A DNA stretch of 40,837 nt. It comes from Octopus sinensis (Eukaryota). A program made the position numbers and the translations under genes. This document shows positions 1-12,201 of the stretch, piece after piece. Location of the stretch: positions 1-40,837 of the forward strand of contig NW_021824678.1 of the NCBI RefSeq assembly GCF_006345805.1, read 5' to 3'. The notes below the pieces were generated by a model, which ran no database searches, was not told where the DNA came from, and worked only from the letters and a program-made list of their open reading frames with translations. The first letter of the stretch is position 1, and every line of letters starts with the position of its first letter.

Positions 1-54
1 AGTCTAATGACTGAAACAAGTAAAAAGGTAAGGTAAAGGTAAAACTATAAATTT

Positions 55-1038
55 TACGACGTGCTATCAAAACGTTCCCGAACTAGTTCTGTAGCACGCT
101 GATAGATGACAGAACACGGTTGCATGCGCAGTGAGAGTTAGCAGTGACCTTGACCTTCATGAGGCAGTGTGAAACTTGTTTTTGTGATCACGTGTACGCA
201 GTAGTCTGCGTTTTTTTCATGAACATGAACCAAGAGCCAACGTGAAATTTTGACTTAAACTTGTGACGTCTCCTACAGAGACACTGAGCATGCTTCGGCA
301 AGCTTACGGCTTCGATGCAATGGGTCGCACGCAATGTTTAGAGTGGCACGGTCGCTTCAAAACTAGAAGAACGTCCTTGGAAGATGATGCCCGACCTGAA
401 ACACCTGTCACGGACGTCACCCTCGAAAATGTGGTATTGTGCATCGATAATTAGTCTCCTAGAACAAGACCACCAGTCGAGAGTTCAATTGCGACTTTTT
501 GAAACGTGGGGGAGAACATTCGGCGAAAGCGACCGAATTTGTGGGGCCCGAAAAATTGGATTCTTCCCAAAGACAATGCACCCTGTCACCAAGCTTTCCT
601 CATTCGTGAGTTTCTCGCCAAAAACAACATAATATCGCTGCCGCACCCGCCCTATTTGCCGGATTTAGCACCTGTGGACTTCATGCCGTTTCTCTGTACG
701 AAGGAAAGAGACTCTACGAAGATCTGTTTTGGATCTTTCCTGTTTGGCTGCACCTATGGAAATTTTAAAATTTGGTGAATTGATGTATTTTCCCACGCTG
801 AATTTCAGGAGATAATACGCTTTTTTTCCAGAATTTTTCTCCAAAATTAAAACGCAGCTCAAAGGTCATCGTTTTAACGCCGTTGTAGAATTGCAGAGGG
901 TGCTCGACTTATTTACGGAAAACGACTTCCAGACCGGATTCCAAAAGTAGCAAGACCAATGTATTGGGGATACTCTATTGCTGCGCAAGGTGACTATTTC
1001 GGGAACCTAGTCTGGGAATACTTTGATACCACCTCATA
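55..1038 (+). mobile_element. Internally deleted, decayed mariner (DD34D-type) element with both TIRs
   Basis: 5' TIR tacgacgtgctatcaaaacgttcccgaactag (55-86) matches the reverse complement of 1007-1038 at 24/32 positions, with TA at both ends. Transposase remnants: HTH (ETLSMLRQAYG...EWHGRFK...LEDDARP), RRKRP..W..DNAPCH...HPPYLPDLAP, and a C-terminal IAAQGDYF. It has stops and frameshifts, and the middle of the ORF is missing. Confidence 0.9.
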
Positions 1039-1205
1039 TGTTGACCGGATTCCAAAAGTGGCAAGACCAATGTATTGGGGATACTCTATTGCTGCGCAAG
1101 GTGACTATTTCGGGAACCTAGTCTGGGAATACTTTGATACCACTTCATATGTTGACCGGATTCCAAAAGTGGCAAGACCAATGTATTGGGAATACTCTAT
1201 TGCTG
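932..1205 (+). repeat. 111-bp tandem repeat (about 2.5 copies) made from the mariner right end
   Basis: gaccggattcc recurs at 932, 1043 and 1154; this explains the 37-aa repeat in ORF 959..1228. Confidence 0.95.
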
Positions 1206-1251
1206 TGAGCCTTACTACCTCCTCATAATATTTTTTAAAAAACTGTATACT

Positions 1252-1657
1252 GCGTCCCCAAAGTCCATCCCCTCCTCACCGTGGCGGGGACGCTGGCAAC
1301 AGGTAGTGTCAGAGCTATGCCGTCGGGAATTTCGGTTCCTGGTAGGGCCACCCAAGGCGGATTGGTCTGACACCGAGTGGTATTAGGGCCACAACCCGGC
1401 AGATGGGGCTCTGGTGAAAGTCCTCGGAGTGTCTGTTTCGGCAACCGGCGGCTCCTCGGTCGTTCGGTCCCTGCGTCTGCGGACAATCTGCGGCAAACAG
1501 GATGTCTCTACATGCGGGATTGTTGGGGACCGCTTGTGAAATCCATATTCCCACGAAACTTCTTTTGCTGCCACGGTTCGAGATGCCTCGAGGGTGGTAA
1601 AAGAAACCGACTCAACCCGCCCAGGGTGAATGTCGCCACAAGTACAAGTAAGTAAGA
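1252..1657 (+). mobile_element. GC-rich non-autonomous retroelement (RTE-like 5' UTR plus AAGT-repeat tail)
   Basis: Flanked by an 8-bp direct repeat tgtatact (1244-1251 and 1658-1665). Contains gagctatgccgtcggg...ggtagggccacccaaggc, which resembles RTE-clade 5' UTR motifs (from recall). Ends in acaagtacaagtaagtaag. Confidence 0.65.
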
Positions 1658-1778
1658 TGTATACTACCTAGACAATATGATGTTAGGTTTTTTTTTTCTT
1701 AATTTATATGCTTTAACGTTCAGTCAGACTTAAGATGTAGTTTGATGTCAAGTTTTGATTGAAAGAAAATATACTCAC

Positions 1779-1857
1779 TATGGAAAAATATGGATAAAGA
1801 TCTTCAAACGTTTCCTTTTTTTTGGCACCAAATCCATAAACATGATACCGATTGTTG
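1779..1857 (-). CDS. Copine-family gene, exon (vWA domain): NNRYHVYGFGAKKKETFEDLYPYFSI
   Basis: Acceptor ttccatttcatgttttccag, donor gtgagt; 79 nt, phase 2 to 0; in frame with exon 2097-2249. YGFGAK matches the copine vWA (F/Y)GFGA(K/R) motif. Confidence 0.92.
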
Positions 1858-2096
1858 CTGGAAAACATGAAATGGAACTGATTATGGTTTTATAATCATA
1901 CACACACACACACACACACATATACATGCATACATACACACACACATGTATACACACACATGCATATCAACGCGCGCGCACGCACACAGATACTATATAT
2001 ACACACACACACTGTTTCTAACGAACAACGAGATGAAGATAAAGAGTTTCGTAGTGTCCCAACTACACAGCAGATTACAAGAATTCTCTGACTTAC

Positions 2097-2249
2097 GTGG
2101 TGTACTTTTTTAGCAAGGGCTGTAAAGCAAGTATGGCGGTTTCGTATAAACTCCTCTGCTTTTCAGTTATGTAATGGTTGCTAGTCGGCAACTTAGGGTC
2201 TTGGTTTGAAAGTCTAAAGTCTATAGCAAGTGTCACATCTATTTCCATG
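2097..2249 (-). CDS. Copine-family gene, exon (vWA start): MEIDVTLAIDFRLSNQDPKLPTSNHYITEKQRSLYETAILALQPLLKKYT
   Basis: Acceptor attatcattcgtctag, donor gtaagt; 153 nt, phase 2 to 2. Aligns to the copine INFTVAIDFTASNGDP...SLHY...Y..A...V..I..DYD block. Confidence 0.95.
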
Positions 2250-2259
2250 CTAGACGAAT

Positions 2260-2350
2260 GATAATAATAATAATAATAACAACAACAACAACAACAACAA
2301 CAACAACCAACAACGACGACGACGACGACGATGATGATAACAACAACAAC
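2260..2350. repeat. Compound trinucleotide microsatellite (AAT/AAC/GAC/GAT)
   Basis: Seen directly; source of the poly-I/T/N/D ORFs. Confidence 0.95.
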
Positions 2351-2530
2351 GGTTTCAAATTTTGGCACACGGTCATCATTTTGGGGGTACTTACTTTAGT
2401 GCTCAACTGGCACTTGTTTTATCGACCCCGAAATTATGAAAGGCAATATTGACCTCGACAGCGTTTGAACTCAGAACATAAAGACGGATGAAATGCCGCT
2501 AAGCATTTTGTCCGGCGTTCTAACGATACT
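2351..2530 (-). mobile_element. tRNA-derived SINE (family 2), degenerate copy
   Basis: Reverse-complement similarity to the plus-strand copies at 4425-4636 and 19447-19675 (gagttcaaattccgccgaggtc...ggggtcgataaa...gtacc). Confidence 0.75.
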
Positions 2531-2565
2531 GCCAGCTGGCCTCCTACTAAATAATAATAATAATG

Positions 2566-2626
<61 letters not shown>

Positions 2627-2637
2627 TGATGATGATA

Positions 2638-3192
2638 AATGCCCTGATACAGTACCAGATAGTGGCTCTCGTGGCTTCTGATTTTAACTGATTGGAAGTG
2701 CTATCATGTACATTGTTTTGTCTTGGTATAAAAGATGGGCTACAGTAAATATTCTGCTCAATACCACATATTTGCTTGTCAGTCGTTTGACCTTAACCAG
2801 TTGAGCATGTCCCTTTGTGGCTGACGATATGTGCATCTCCGATCACGAGCAGAATTAGTGGGAGAGCATCATAGCCATGTGTTGAAAGGAATTCTTGGAG
2901 GTTTGGATAATTCACCTTTCGAAACGTGTGGTTCGTTCAACATCCTTAAACAATCCTTATTCAGGGACCTTTTGAGCGGGATGGGTTACTCGACCGAAAG
3001 AAAATTCTAACTGGGCCCACTTACAAGGTCATGCGCTGTTTATCTTGATATGAGATCACCATGTCGCGCACACATGGTTGTGATGCATGTGCCTGATGTA
3101 CTTTTATCAGACGGGTAGTCATGGTGGGTATACTGGGCTTCGTATATTTTACCGCAGTGTCACTTTGACGGCATGCACTGCTATCTCACTCA
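2638..3192. mobile_element. About 550-bp interspersed element embedded in (AAT)n
   Basis: Bounded by (AAT)n on both sides; its ctca end recurs at about 3420-3505 and, reversed, at 4766-4911. Confidence 0.7.
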
Positions 3193-3194
3193 AT

Positions 3195-3226
<32 letters not shown>

Positions 3227-3227
<1 letters not shown>

Positions 3228-3730
3228 CCTATCTACTATAGACACACGGTCTGAAATTTTGCGGGAGGGAACTAGTCGATTAGATCGGTCCCTGTACGCA
3301 ACTGGGACTTAATTTATCGACCTCGAAAGGACGAGCTCAGTAAGCAACGACGACAAAATGTCGCTAAGCATTTTGCCAGGTGTGCTCACGGTTCCGCCAA
3401 CTCACCGCCTTTGTAATATCAGATGTATAGTCATGATGGATATATTGGGCTTCATATATTTGTACCCCAGTGTCACTTTGATGGCATGTGCGGCTCTCTT
3501 GCTCAATAATAATAATGATTTCAAATTTTGGCAAAAGGACAGCAATTTCGAAGAGGGGTTAAGTCAATGAAATCGACCCCAGTGTATGAGTGGTACTTAT
3601 TTTATCGAGTCCAAAAGGATGAAAGACAAAGTGGACTCGGCGGGATTTGAACTCAGAACGTAAAGACAGATGAAATACCGCTAAACATTTTGCCCTGCGG
3701 GCTAACGATTCTGCCAGATCACCGCCTTAA
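3227..3730 (-). mobile_element. Two adjacent degenerate family-2 SINE copies with an intervening fragment of the AAT-associated element
   Basis: Repeated gtacttatttatcgac...tttgaactcagaacgtaaagac...ctaagcattt blocks. Confidence 0.7.
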
Positions 3731-4152
<422 letters not shown>

Positions 4153-4256
4153 AGGAGTTGATTCATTCGGCTAAAAGTACTTCAAGGCGGTGCTGCAGCA
4201 TAGCCGCAATCTAATGACAGAAACAAATAAAAGTCAAAAGTCAAAAGATAACTTAC

Positions 4257-4318
4257 TTTGTATCCATATATTTCACATAATCGATGCGGGGTTTCAAACG
4301 AAATTTTTCAATAGAAAT
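4257..4318 (-). CDS. Copine-family gene, exon (C2B end and linker): ISIEKFRLKPRIDYVKYMDT
   Basis: Acceptor ttttactttttctttttgtattag, donor gtaagt; 62 nt, phase 0 to 2; joins exon 2097-2249 in frame (codon aa|c = N). Position matches copine ...TFLDYIxGG. Confidence 0.9.
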
Positions 4319-4424
4319 CTAATACAAAAAGAAAAAGTAAAAAAAAAAAGAAAAGAAAAATTATCGAAACTAACTTTAAGTTTGGGTGTGGCTGAAGTAA
4401 AGATATTTATAACATCCACGCAAT

Positions 4425-4635
4425 GAAGGTGGCGAGCTGACAGAATCATTAGCACTGCGGACAAAATGCTCAGATGCATTTCGTCCGTCTTTATGTTTTG
4501 AATTTAAATTCCGCTGAATTCTGCTTTGCCTGTCATTCTTTCAGGAATCGATAAAATAAGTACAATTTACACACTGGAGTCGATTAACCGACTATCCCCT
4601 TCCGCAAAAATTTCAGGTCTTGTGCCTACAGTACA

Positions 4636-4636
<1 letters not shown>
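4425..4636 (+). mobile_element. tRNA-derived SINE (family 2)
   Basis: aaggtggcgagctgacagaatcattagcac head, B-box-like segment, shared body with other copies. Confidence 0.8.
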
Positions 4637-4669
<33 letters not shown>

Positions 4670-4721
4670 TTAATTATTATTATTATTATCTTTATTTTTA
4701 TTTTTATTTTTATTTTTATTA

Positions 4722-4755
<34 letters not shown>

Positions 4756-4911
4756 CATTATCATTAGAGTGAAAGAGCAGTGCATGCCATCAAAGTGACA
4801 CTGGGGTAAAATATACGAAGCCCAGCATACCCATCAGGACTACCCGTCTGATAAGGGTACACCAGAGACACGCATCACAACCATATGTGCACGACATGGT
4901 GATCTCATATC

Positions 4912-5210
4912 AGGCCGACCAAAGCCTTGTGAGTGGATTTGGTAGACGGAAACTGAAAGAAGCCCGTCGTATATATGTATATATATGTATGTGTGTATAT
5001 ATTTGTGTGTCTGTGTTTGTCCCCCCAACATCGCTTGACAACCGATGCTGGTGTGTTACGTTACCGTAACTTAGCGCTTCAGCAAAAGAGATCGATAGAA
5101 TAAGTACTAGGCTTACAAAGAATAAGTCCTGGGGTAGATTTGCTCGGCTAAAGGGGGTGCTCCAGCATGACCTCAGTCAAATGACTGAAACAAGTAAAAA
5201 TAGTAAAAGG
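4912..5210 (+). mobile_element. SINE family 1, 5'-truncated
   Basis: ggccgaccaaagccttgtgagtggatttggtagacggaaactgaaagaagcc...ctccagcatg...gtcaaatgactgaaacaagtaaaa. Confidence 0.9.
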
Positions 5211-5609
5211 GTAATAATAGTTTAGCACAAGAATAGCATTTTTATTTAAGGGAGGTGTAAGTCGATTATATCAACCGATACTTATTTAATCGAACCGGAA
5301 CGGATGAAAGGTAAGATCAATCTCTGCGGAATTTGAACCCAGAACGTAAAGAGTCGTAAAAATGACCCCGAAGCATTTGGGCCGATTTGCAAACGATTCT
5401 AGCAGCTTGCCGTTTTTCCTCTTCAAATAATTAATAACAACGGTAGATTCTACAACTTGTTCACTCTGTTATAAATAGCAGCCAAATCTCCTTTAAATCA
5501 CACCGTATCTTATTTTACAATACATTCGGTAGTCATAAATAGATGGTTATGGCTAAAATTTATTTTGCCTCAGATATTCTTGTTTCAGAAGGTGGCAGAC
5601 TGGTAGAGT

Positions 5610-5995
5610 GGAGGCGCAATGGCCCAGTGGTTAGGGCAGCGGACTCGCGGTCATAGGATCGCGGTTTCGATTCCCAGACCGGGCGTTGTGAGTGTTTATT
5701 GAGCGAAAACACCTAAAAGCTCCACGAGGCTCCGGCAGGAGATGGTGGTGATCCCTGCTGTACTCTTTCACCACAACTTTCTCTCACTCTTACTTCCTGT
5801 TTCTGTTGTACCTGTATTTCAAAGGGCCGGCCTTGTCACTCTCTGTGTCACGCTGAATATCCCCGAGAACTACGTTAAGGGTGCACGTGTCTGTGGAGTG
5901 CTCAACCACTTACACGTTAATTTCACGAGCAGGCTGTTCCGTTGATTCGGATCAACCGGAACCCTCATCGTCGTTACCGACGGAGTGCTTCCATC
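5610..5995 (+). mobile_element. tRNA-derived SINE (family 3) nested inside a family-2 SINE head
   Basis: A-box tggcccagtgg and B-box ggtttcgattcc; 14-bp TSD cagactggtagagt at 5596-5609 and 5996-6009; host SINE resumes at 6010. Confidence 0.9.
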
Positions 5996-6377
5996 CAGAC
6001 TGGTAGAGTCGTTAGTACGTCTGACAAAATACTCAGCGGCATTTCTTCCGGCTATTTACGTTTAGAGTTCAAATCCGGCTGTTGGTAACTGCCTTTCATC
6101 CCACTCAGGGGACGATAAAATAAAGTGCTAGTCAAGTACTAGGATCTGTGCAATCGACTTTGTCCCCTCTCGTCAAAATTGCTGGCCTTGAAGCCTGCAA
6201 CAGACCAGCGTCCCGTTCAGGGAAAATAATGCGGTCTTGGTCCCTTACACAGACACAGAAACTGGATAATTGTCTTAGTGGGTCTTAGGGCTCGAAAGAA
6301 AAGATAAAGAAGATAGCTCTTGATTGGAATATTCGAATAACTAAACAGTAGCAATAAAAATAATAAGAGAAACTTAC

Positions 6378-6410
6378 AACACCGCAAGTCTGCCAACGTT
6401 TGTTTTTTAT
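6378..6410 (-). CDS. Copine-family gene, exon: IKNKRWQTCGV
   Basis: Acceptor ttctgttctatatttcag, donor gtaagt; 33 nt, phase 0 to 0. Position matches the basic NPKKK...NSGT loop of copine C2B. Confidence 0.85.
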
Positions 6411-6478
6411 CTGAAATATAGAACAGAATTAGTCAACATATTGTCTGTTTTTACTTTTGGTAGGGTCAGAATTTCAAT

Positions 6479-6575
<97 letters not shown>

Positions 6576-6790
6576 TATATATTATAAGACATTGTGCTAT
6601 AATAATGTGATATGATGAGATATGATATATATGATATATGAGACATGATATGATATACGATATATTACATGCGTGATATGGTATATTATATGATCTGTAA
6701 CATTATATTTGATATCAGATAATAGCCTGATGAATTTGCCGACGGCTTAAACTTGGCAAATTCACATTTTTCCTTTTTCCTTTCACATAT

Positions 6791-7214
6791 TACTCTTTAC
6801 TCTTTTACTCTTTTATTTGTTTCAGTCATTTGACTGCGGCCATGCTGGAGCACCGCCTTTAGTCGAGAAAATCGACCCCGGAACTTATTCTTTGTAAGCC
6901 TAGTACTTATTCTATCGGTCTCTTTTGCCGAACCGCTAAGTGACGGGGACGTAAACACACCAGCATCGGCTGTCAGGCAATGCTAGGAGGACAAACACAG
7001 ACACACAAACACACACACACACACACATACATATATATATATACATATATACGACAGGCTTCTTTCAGTTTCCGACTACCAAATCCACTCACAAGGCATT
7101 GGTCGGCCCGGGGCTATAGCAGAAGACACTTGCCCATGATGCCACGCAATGGGACTGAACCTGGAACCATCTGGTTGGTTAGCAAGCTACTTACCACACA
7201 GCCACTCTTGCGCC
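6791..7214 (-). mobile_element. SINE family 1, full length
   Basis: Reverse complement of the copies at 12868-13260 and 18688-19110. Confidence 0.92.
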
Positions 7215-7449
7215 TATATTCCAAATAAATCTTCCGTTTCATGCTTACTTATAATGTAACCAAATGCATACCAAAACGGGTGTATACAAGAATGGATGTA
7301 TACATGGGCGCAGGTATGGTTGAGGGGTTAAAACGTGTATTTCATATCAACAGATTTCGATTTCAATATCAGAGTGTGCCATCACCTTGGCCATGTGCCT
7401 TTTACAGAGTTTACCAAGCCTCAAGACCACCAGAGTTCAGTGAGTCTCG

Positions 7450-7663
7450 TTTATCATTATCATCACCCTCACCATCCTGTTAACGTCCAATTTTCCATGC
7501 TCACATGGATCGGACAGAATTCGCTGAAGCGGATTTTTCTATGGCTAGAAACCCTTCATGTGGCCAACCCTTTTTCCACGTAAAGTAATATTTCTCCATG
7601 ACCTGACATGTTTTCAAGGAACAATGGAAACGAAGGACAACGTTTGCATGACGGTGGCACTCG

Positions 7664-7670
<7 letters not shown>
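7450..7670 (-). mobile_element. Interspersed repeat fragment, possibly an RTE-related SINE 3' end
   Basis: Minus strand reads ...ttctagccatagaaaaatccgc...gagcatggaaaattggacgttaa followed by a tga-type tail; family assignment from recall only. Confidence 0.45.
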
Positions 7671-7717
<47 letters not shown>

Positions 7718-8093
7718 CATACGACGGCCTTCCACACAGTTTTTGTCTACTAAATTCATACACAATTCATACGGTAAGCAAACTTCTTGCCATACAGAAA
7801 CGTCTGCACCGTCAGTGGATGGAAACTGTGCGGAAGCTCAGCGGGGGGACTACGACTGCTTTGGGATGGTACAATTAACTCTTCACCCGTTTTAACATCA
7901 CTGCCTGGCCCATACATGTCTTTAGCAAAATCTGGTCTGTTGAGAGTATTCAGGCTAGATTCACCATTCAAAGGATAACTTTCTCCTTTCTCCCCCTAGT
8001 TTCGCAAGCCCTAAGCTGTTTTTACTTTTATAGGTAAATCATAAAAATATGGGGGGGGGGGGAATAATTGATATGATTACCACAAACACTTAC

Positions 8094-8157
8094 TTCAAAT
8101 GACTTCTTGTAGGCTAAGTCTTCTGGGTTTGTTTTAAATCCACCAATTAACATTTTC
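8094..8157 (-). CDS. Copine-family gene, exon (C2B): KMLIGGFKTNPEDLAYKKSFE
   Basis: Acceptor aattatatttctaattcag, donor gtaagt; 64 nt, phase 2 to 0. Matches copine HDFIGEFTTSYRELAR...E. Confidence 0.9.
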
Positions 8158-8250
8158 CTGAATTAGAAATATAATTAATAATTATAATTAATAAGGTGTT
8201 CAATTAAAATTCAAAAATAGATTTCTAATCAAATTTAGAATATCTCTCTC

Positions 8251-8252
<2 letters not shown>

Positions 8253-8290
<38 letters not shown>

Positions 8291-8317
8291 CATACATACA
8301 TATATATATGTAATTAT

Positions 8318-8410
<93 letters not shown>

Positions 8411-8429
8411 TATACATACATATATATAT

Positions 8430-8462
<33 letters not shown>

Positions 8463-8563
8463 CATACATACATATATATATACATACATACATATATATA
8501 TACATACATACTATATATATACATACATATATATATACATACATATATATATACATACATACA

Positions 8564-8603
<40 letters not shown>

Positions 8604-9449
8604 CATACATATATATATACATACATACATATATATATATACATACATATATATATACATACATATATATATACATACATACATATATATATACATACAT
8701 ATATATATACATACATACATATATACATACATACATACATATATACATACATACATATATATATACATACATATATATATACATACATATATACATACAT
8801 ACATATATACATACATACATATATAATACATACATATATATCATACATTATATATATATACATATATATATATAATACATACATACTTATATATATACAT
8901 ACATAATATATATATACATACATACAACATATATATATCATATATTATAATATACATATATATAATATATACATACATACATATATATATACATACATAC
9001 ATATATATATACATACATACATATATATATATACATACATACATATATATATACATACATACATATATATAACATATATAATATATATATCATATATATA
9101 ATATACATACATACATATATATATACATACATACATATATATATACATACATACATATATATATACATACATACATATATATATACATACATACATATAT
9201 ATACATACATACATATATATATACATACATACATATATATATACATACATACATATATACATACATACATATATACATACATACATATATACATACATAC
9301 ATATATACATACATACATATATATATACATACATACATATATATACATACATATATACATACATACATATATATATACATACATACATATATATATACAT
9401 ACATACATATATATATATACATACATACATACATATATATATATATACA

Positions 9450-9533
<84 letters not shown>

Positions 9534-9590
9534 TATACATACATATAATATATATAATATATATATATAAATATATATAATATATATATT
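8253..9590. repeat. About 1.3-kb (TA)n/(TACA)n compound microsatellite
   Basis: Seen directly; generates the MYVCIYI-type ORFs. Confidence 0.97.
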
Positions 9591-9675
9591 ATAAAAGATT
9601 AATACTCATGAGAGATGATAATGTTAGTGGCCGCAAGCTTAAAACCGTATTGGCAAAATTGATATATATAAGAAA

Positions 9676-10635
9676 TATATAACAAGGGCGCTAAGAAGCA
9701 CTAGCTTTGCTAGAAACAGGAGTCAAAATTACTCCGAAGCCGCAAGAATTAACACTAGATTTTCTCAGACATGAATGGAAAGAAACTAAGTGAATAAGGA
9801 TTGCGTTTTATCTCTGCAAATCTGCAAGAAGGGATGCCAGTTAACATGCTATCATGATTAGGAATTTAGCGCCAAAAGCACTTGATTGTCTTCAACCAAG
9901 TCTCCTCATAATAATACCTGGATATCTCTTCAACCAATGCCTGTCTTCGTTTCAGGGTCCAAGACGCATTGAAAAAGACGAAGTGAATAAATTTATAAAT
10001 ATATAAAAACATTAATACTTATGTGAGATAATAAAGTTAGTGGCCGAAAAAACACAGGCATTAGTTGAAGTAGCTCATAAGGGCCGGTTTCCCGGTTTCC
10101 TTAGCGTATAGGTTCCCCACCTGAACGGGACGCCGGTCCGTCGCAGGTGAGCTGCAAGATGCAGGAAGAAAGGATGAGGAAAAATTGTGGCGAAAGAGTC
10201 ACCAGAAGTTCGCCATTACCTTCTGCCAGAGCCGCGTGGAGCTTAGATGCTTCGCTCATGAACACACATATCGCCCGGTCTGAGATTCGAACCTGCGATC
10301 CCTCGACCGCGAATCCGTTGCTCTAACCACTAGGCCATGTGCCTTCACATTGGTTGAAGTGATATACAGGTACTGTTATGAGCAGACTTGGCTGAAAGAA
10401 CCATGCGCTAAATTCGAAATCATGATGCCAGGTTAACTGGCATTCCTTCTTGCAATTTTGCAGAGGTAAGACGCAATCCTTATTCATTTAGTTTTTTTCC
10501 ATTCATGCCTGAGAAAATCTAGTGTTGATTCTTGTGGCTTTGGAATATTTTTGACTGCTATTTCTAGCAAGGCTGGTGCTTCTTAGAATCCTTGTTATAT
10601 ATCATTCTTATATATAACAAGGGCGCTAAGAAGCA
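9676..10635. repeat. About 260-bp inverted repeat pair (9676-9939 and 10348-10601) plus a terminal 59-bp hairpin (10577-10635)
   Basis: The reverse complement of 10348-10601 aligns with 9676-9939 (roughly 80% by eye); tatataacaagggcgctaagaagca occurs at 9676 and 10611. Confidence 0.85.
10072..10347 (-). mobile_element. tRNA-derived SINE related to family 3
   Basis: Minus-strand head gtgaaggcacatggcctagtggttagagcaacggattcgcggtcgagggatcgcaggttcgaatctc, with A and B boxes. Confidence 0.85.
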
Positions 10636-10921
10636 ATGAAAATATTTAAAACTCTTGTAAATTACAGCAGATTATTTGATGTTATTTTCAGTCACAATCT
10701 AGAAAAACTAGAGTTTCCAGGAAAGGGAATTGACCAGAAACACGCATGTCACAAGTACTATCTGTAAGCGGAAGAGTAAAAATATGCAAGAATTTTCTCA
10801 AGTTTGTTTTGTTATCTACGTTCCAACAATGGAAAACAGCTCCTTCATTACAGGAAGTCTCCAAATATTAAAAATTATAAGAGAACATATATATATTTAT
10901 ATATATATATATATATATATA

Positions 10922-12201
10922 CAGTGGTTGGACAAAATAATGGAAACGCCTTAAAATTTCAAAACAAATTAATTTTAATATGGAGCAAGACCGTCTTTGG
11001 CAGTAATTACAGCTTGACTTCTACGAGATATGGACTCGTACAAAGTGTAAGTTGTTTCCAAAGGAATTTTTGTCCATTCTTCAGCTAAAACAGTCTCCAA
11101 TTCTTGTAGTGATGATGGTGGAGGATATCGACTCCTCACTTGTTTTTTTTCTAAAATGCACCATAAACGTTCAATAATATTGCGATCTGGGGACTGTGGT
11201 GGCCAGATAAGATGTTCAACTTCACTAGAATGTTTCTCGTGCCATTCAGTAACAACTTTAGCTGTGTGAATTGCTGCATTATCATCCTGAAAGATCGCGT
11301 TCCCCTCCGGAAACAGTTCCGCAACCATTGAATGAATTTGATCAGATAAAATGCTTAAATAGTCATGACTATTAATTCTGCCATGAAGGAAACCATCGGG
11401 CCGGCGGATTTCCAAGACATAGCCTCCCAGATCATCACAGATCCTCCTCCATATTTAACACTTGGAAGAAGGTAGTCTGGGTCAAATGCTCTCTTTGGCT
11501 ATCTCCACATGTATACTCGGCTGGTGGTCGGAAGTAAGGTAAAGGATGACTCGTCCGAGAAAATAACATTCTTCCACTGCTCTTGGGGCCAATTCTGTAG
11601 GTTTTTGCTCCACTCTAACGCTTTGCAACGTTTGTTTTTGAAAGTAGTGATTTTCTAATTGCAGCCCTACCATGAAATCCGGCTTTGTGCAGCTCTCGGC
11701 GAAGAGTTTTTGTGGAAACTGGGTTCTCGAGGTGGTCATTAAGCCCTTCAGTAATTTCAGTAATTTGGGGAGCTGTACTTTTGTGATCCTGTCTAACAAT
11801 TCGCGTAAGAGTCCAACGGCCCCTATCTGAAAGTTTTGGTTTTCTTCTAGAGTTTTGTTACGACGAGGAGGTTTTTCCCTCTTTCTCAAAGGCTGTCATT
11901 ACTTTCGAGACCACTTCTTGTTACACCAAACATTTCGGCTGTTTTCGCTACGTTAGCGCCTGCCATACGAGCACCGACAATTTGACCTCTTTGAAATTCC
12001 GATAGATCTGTCATGTTAATGATTTTTAATTACCTTTTTCTAATGATATCTGAAATAAAACAGCAATTTCAGCAAAACATATTAAGCAACACTAATAATA
12101 AACCCCAAAATATATAAAATAAACAAGCTTTTGATGGTTTTATATATATTTCTAAATTATGATGCTATTCTGCTAGGTGTTTCCATTATTTTGTACAACC
12201 C

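Noticed and set aside
5610-5682. tRNA-like sequence with A and B boxes
   Set aside because: It is the head of a TSD-flanked SINE; no complete acceptor stem.
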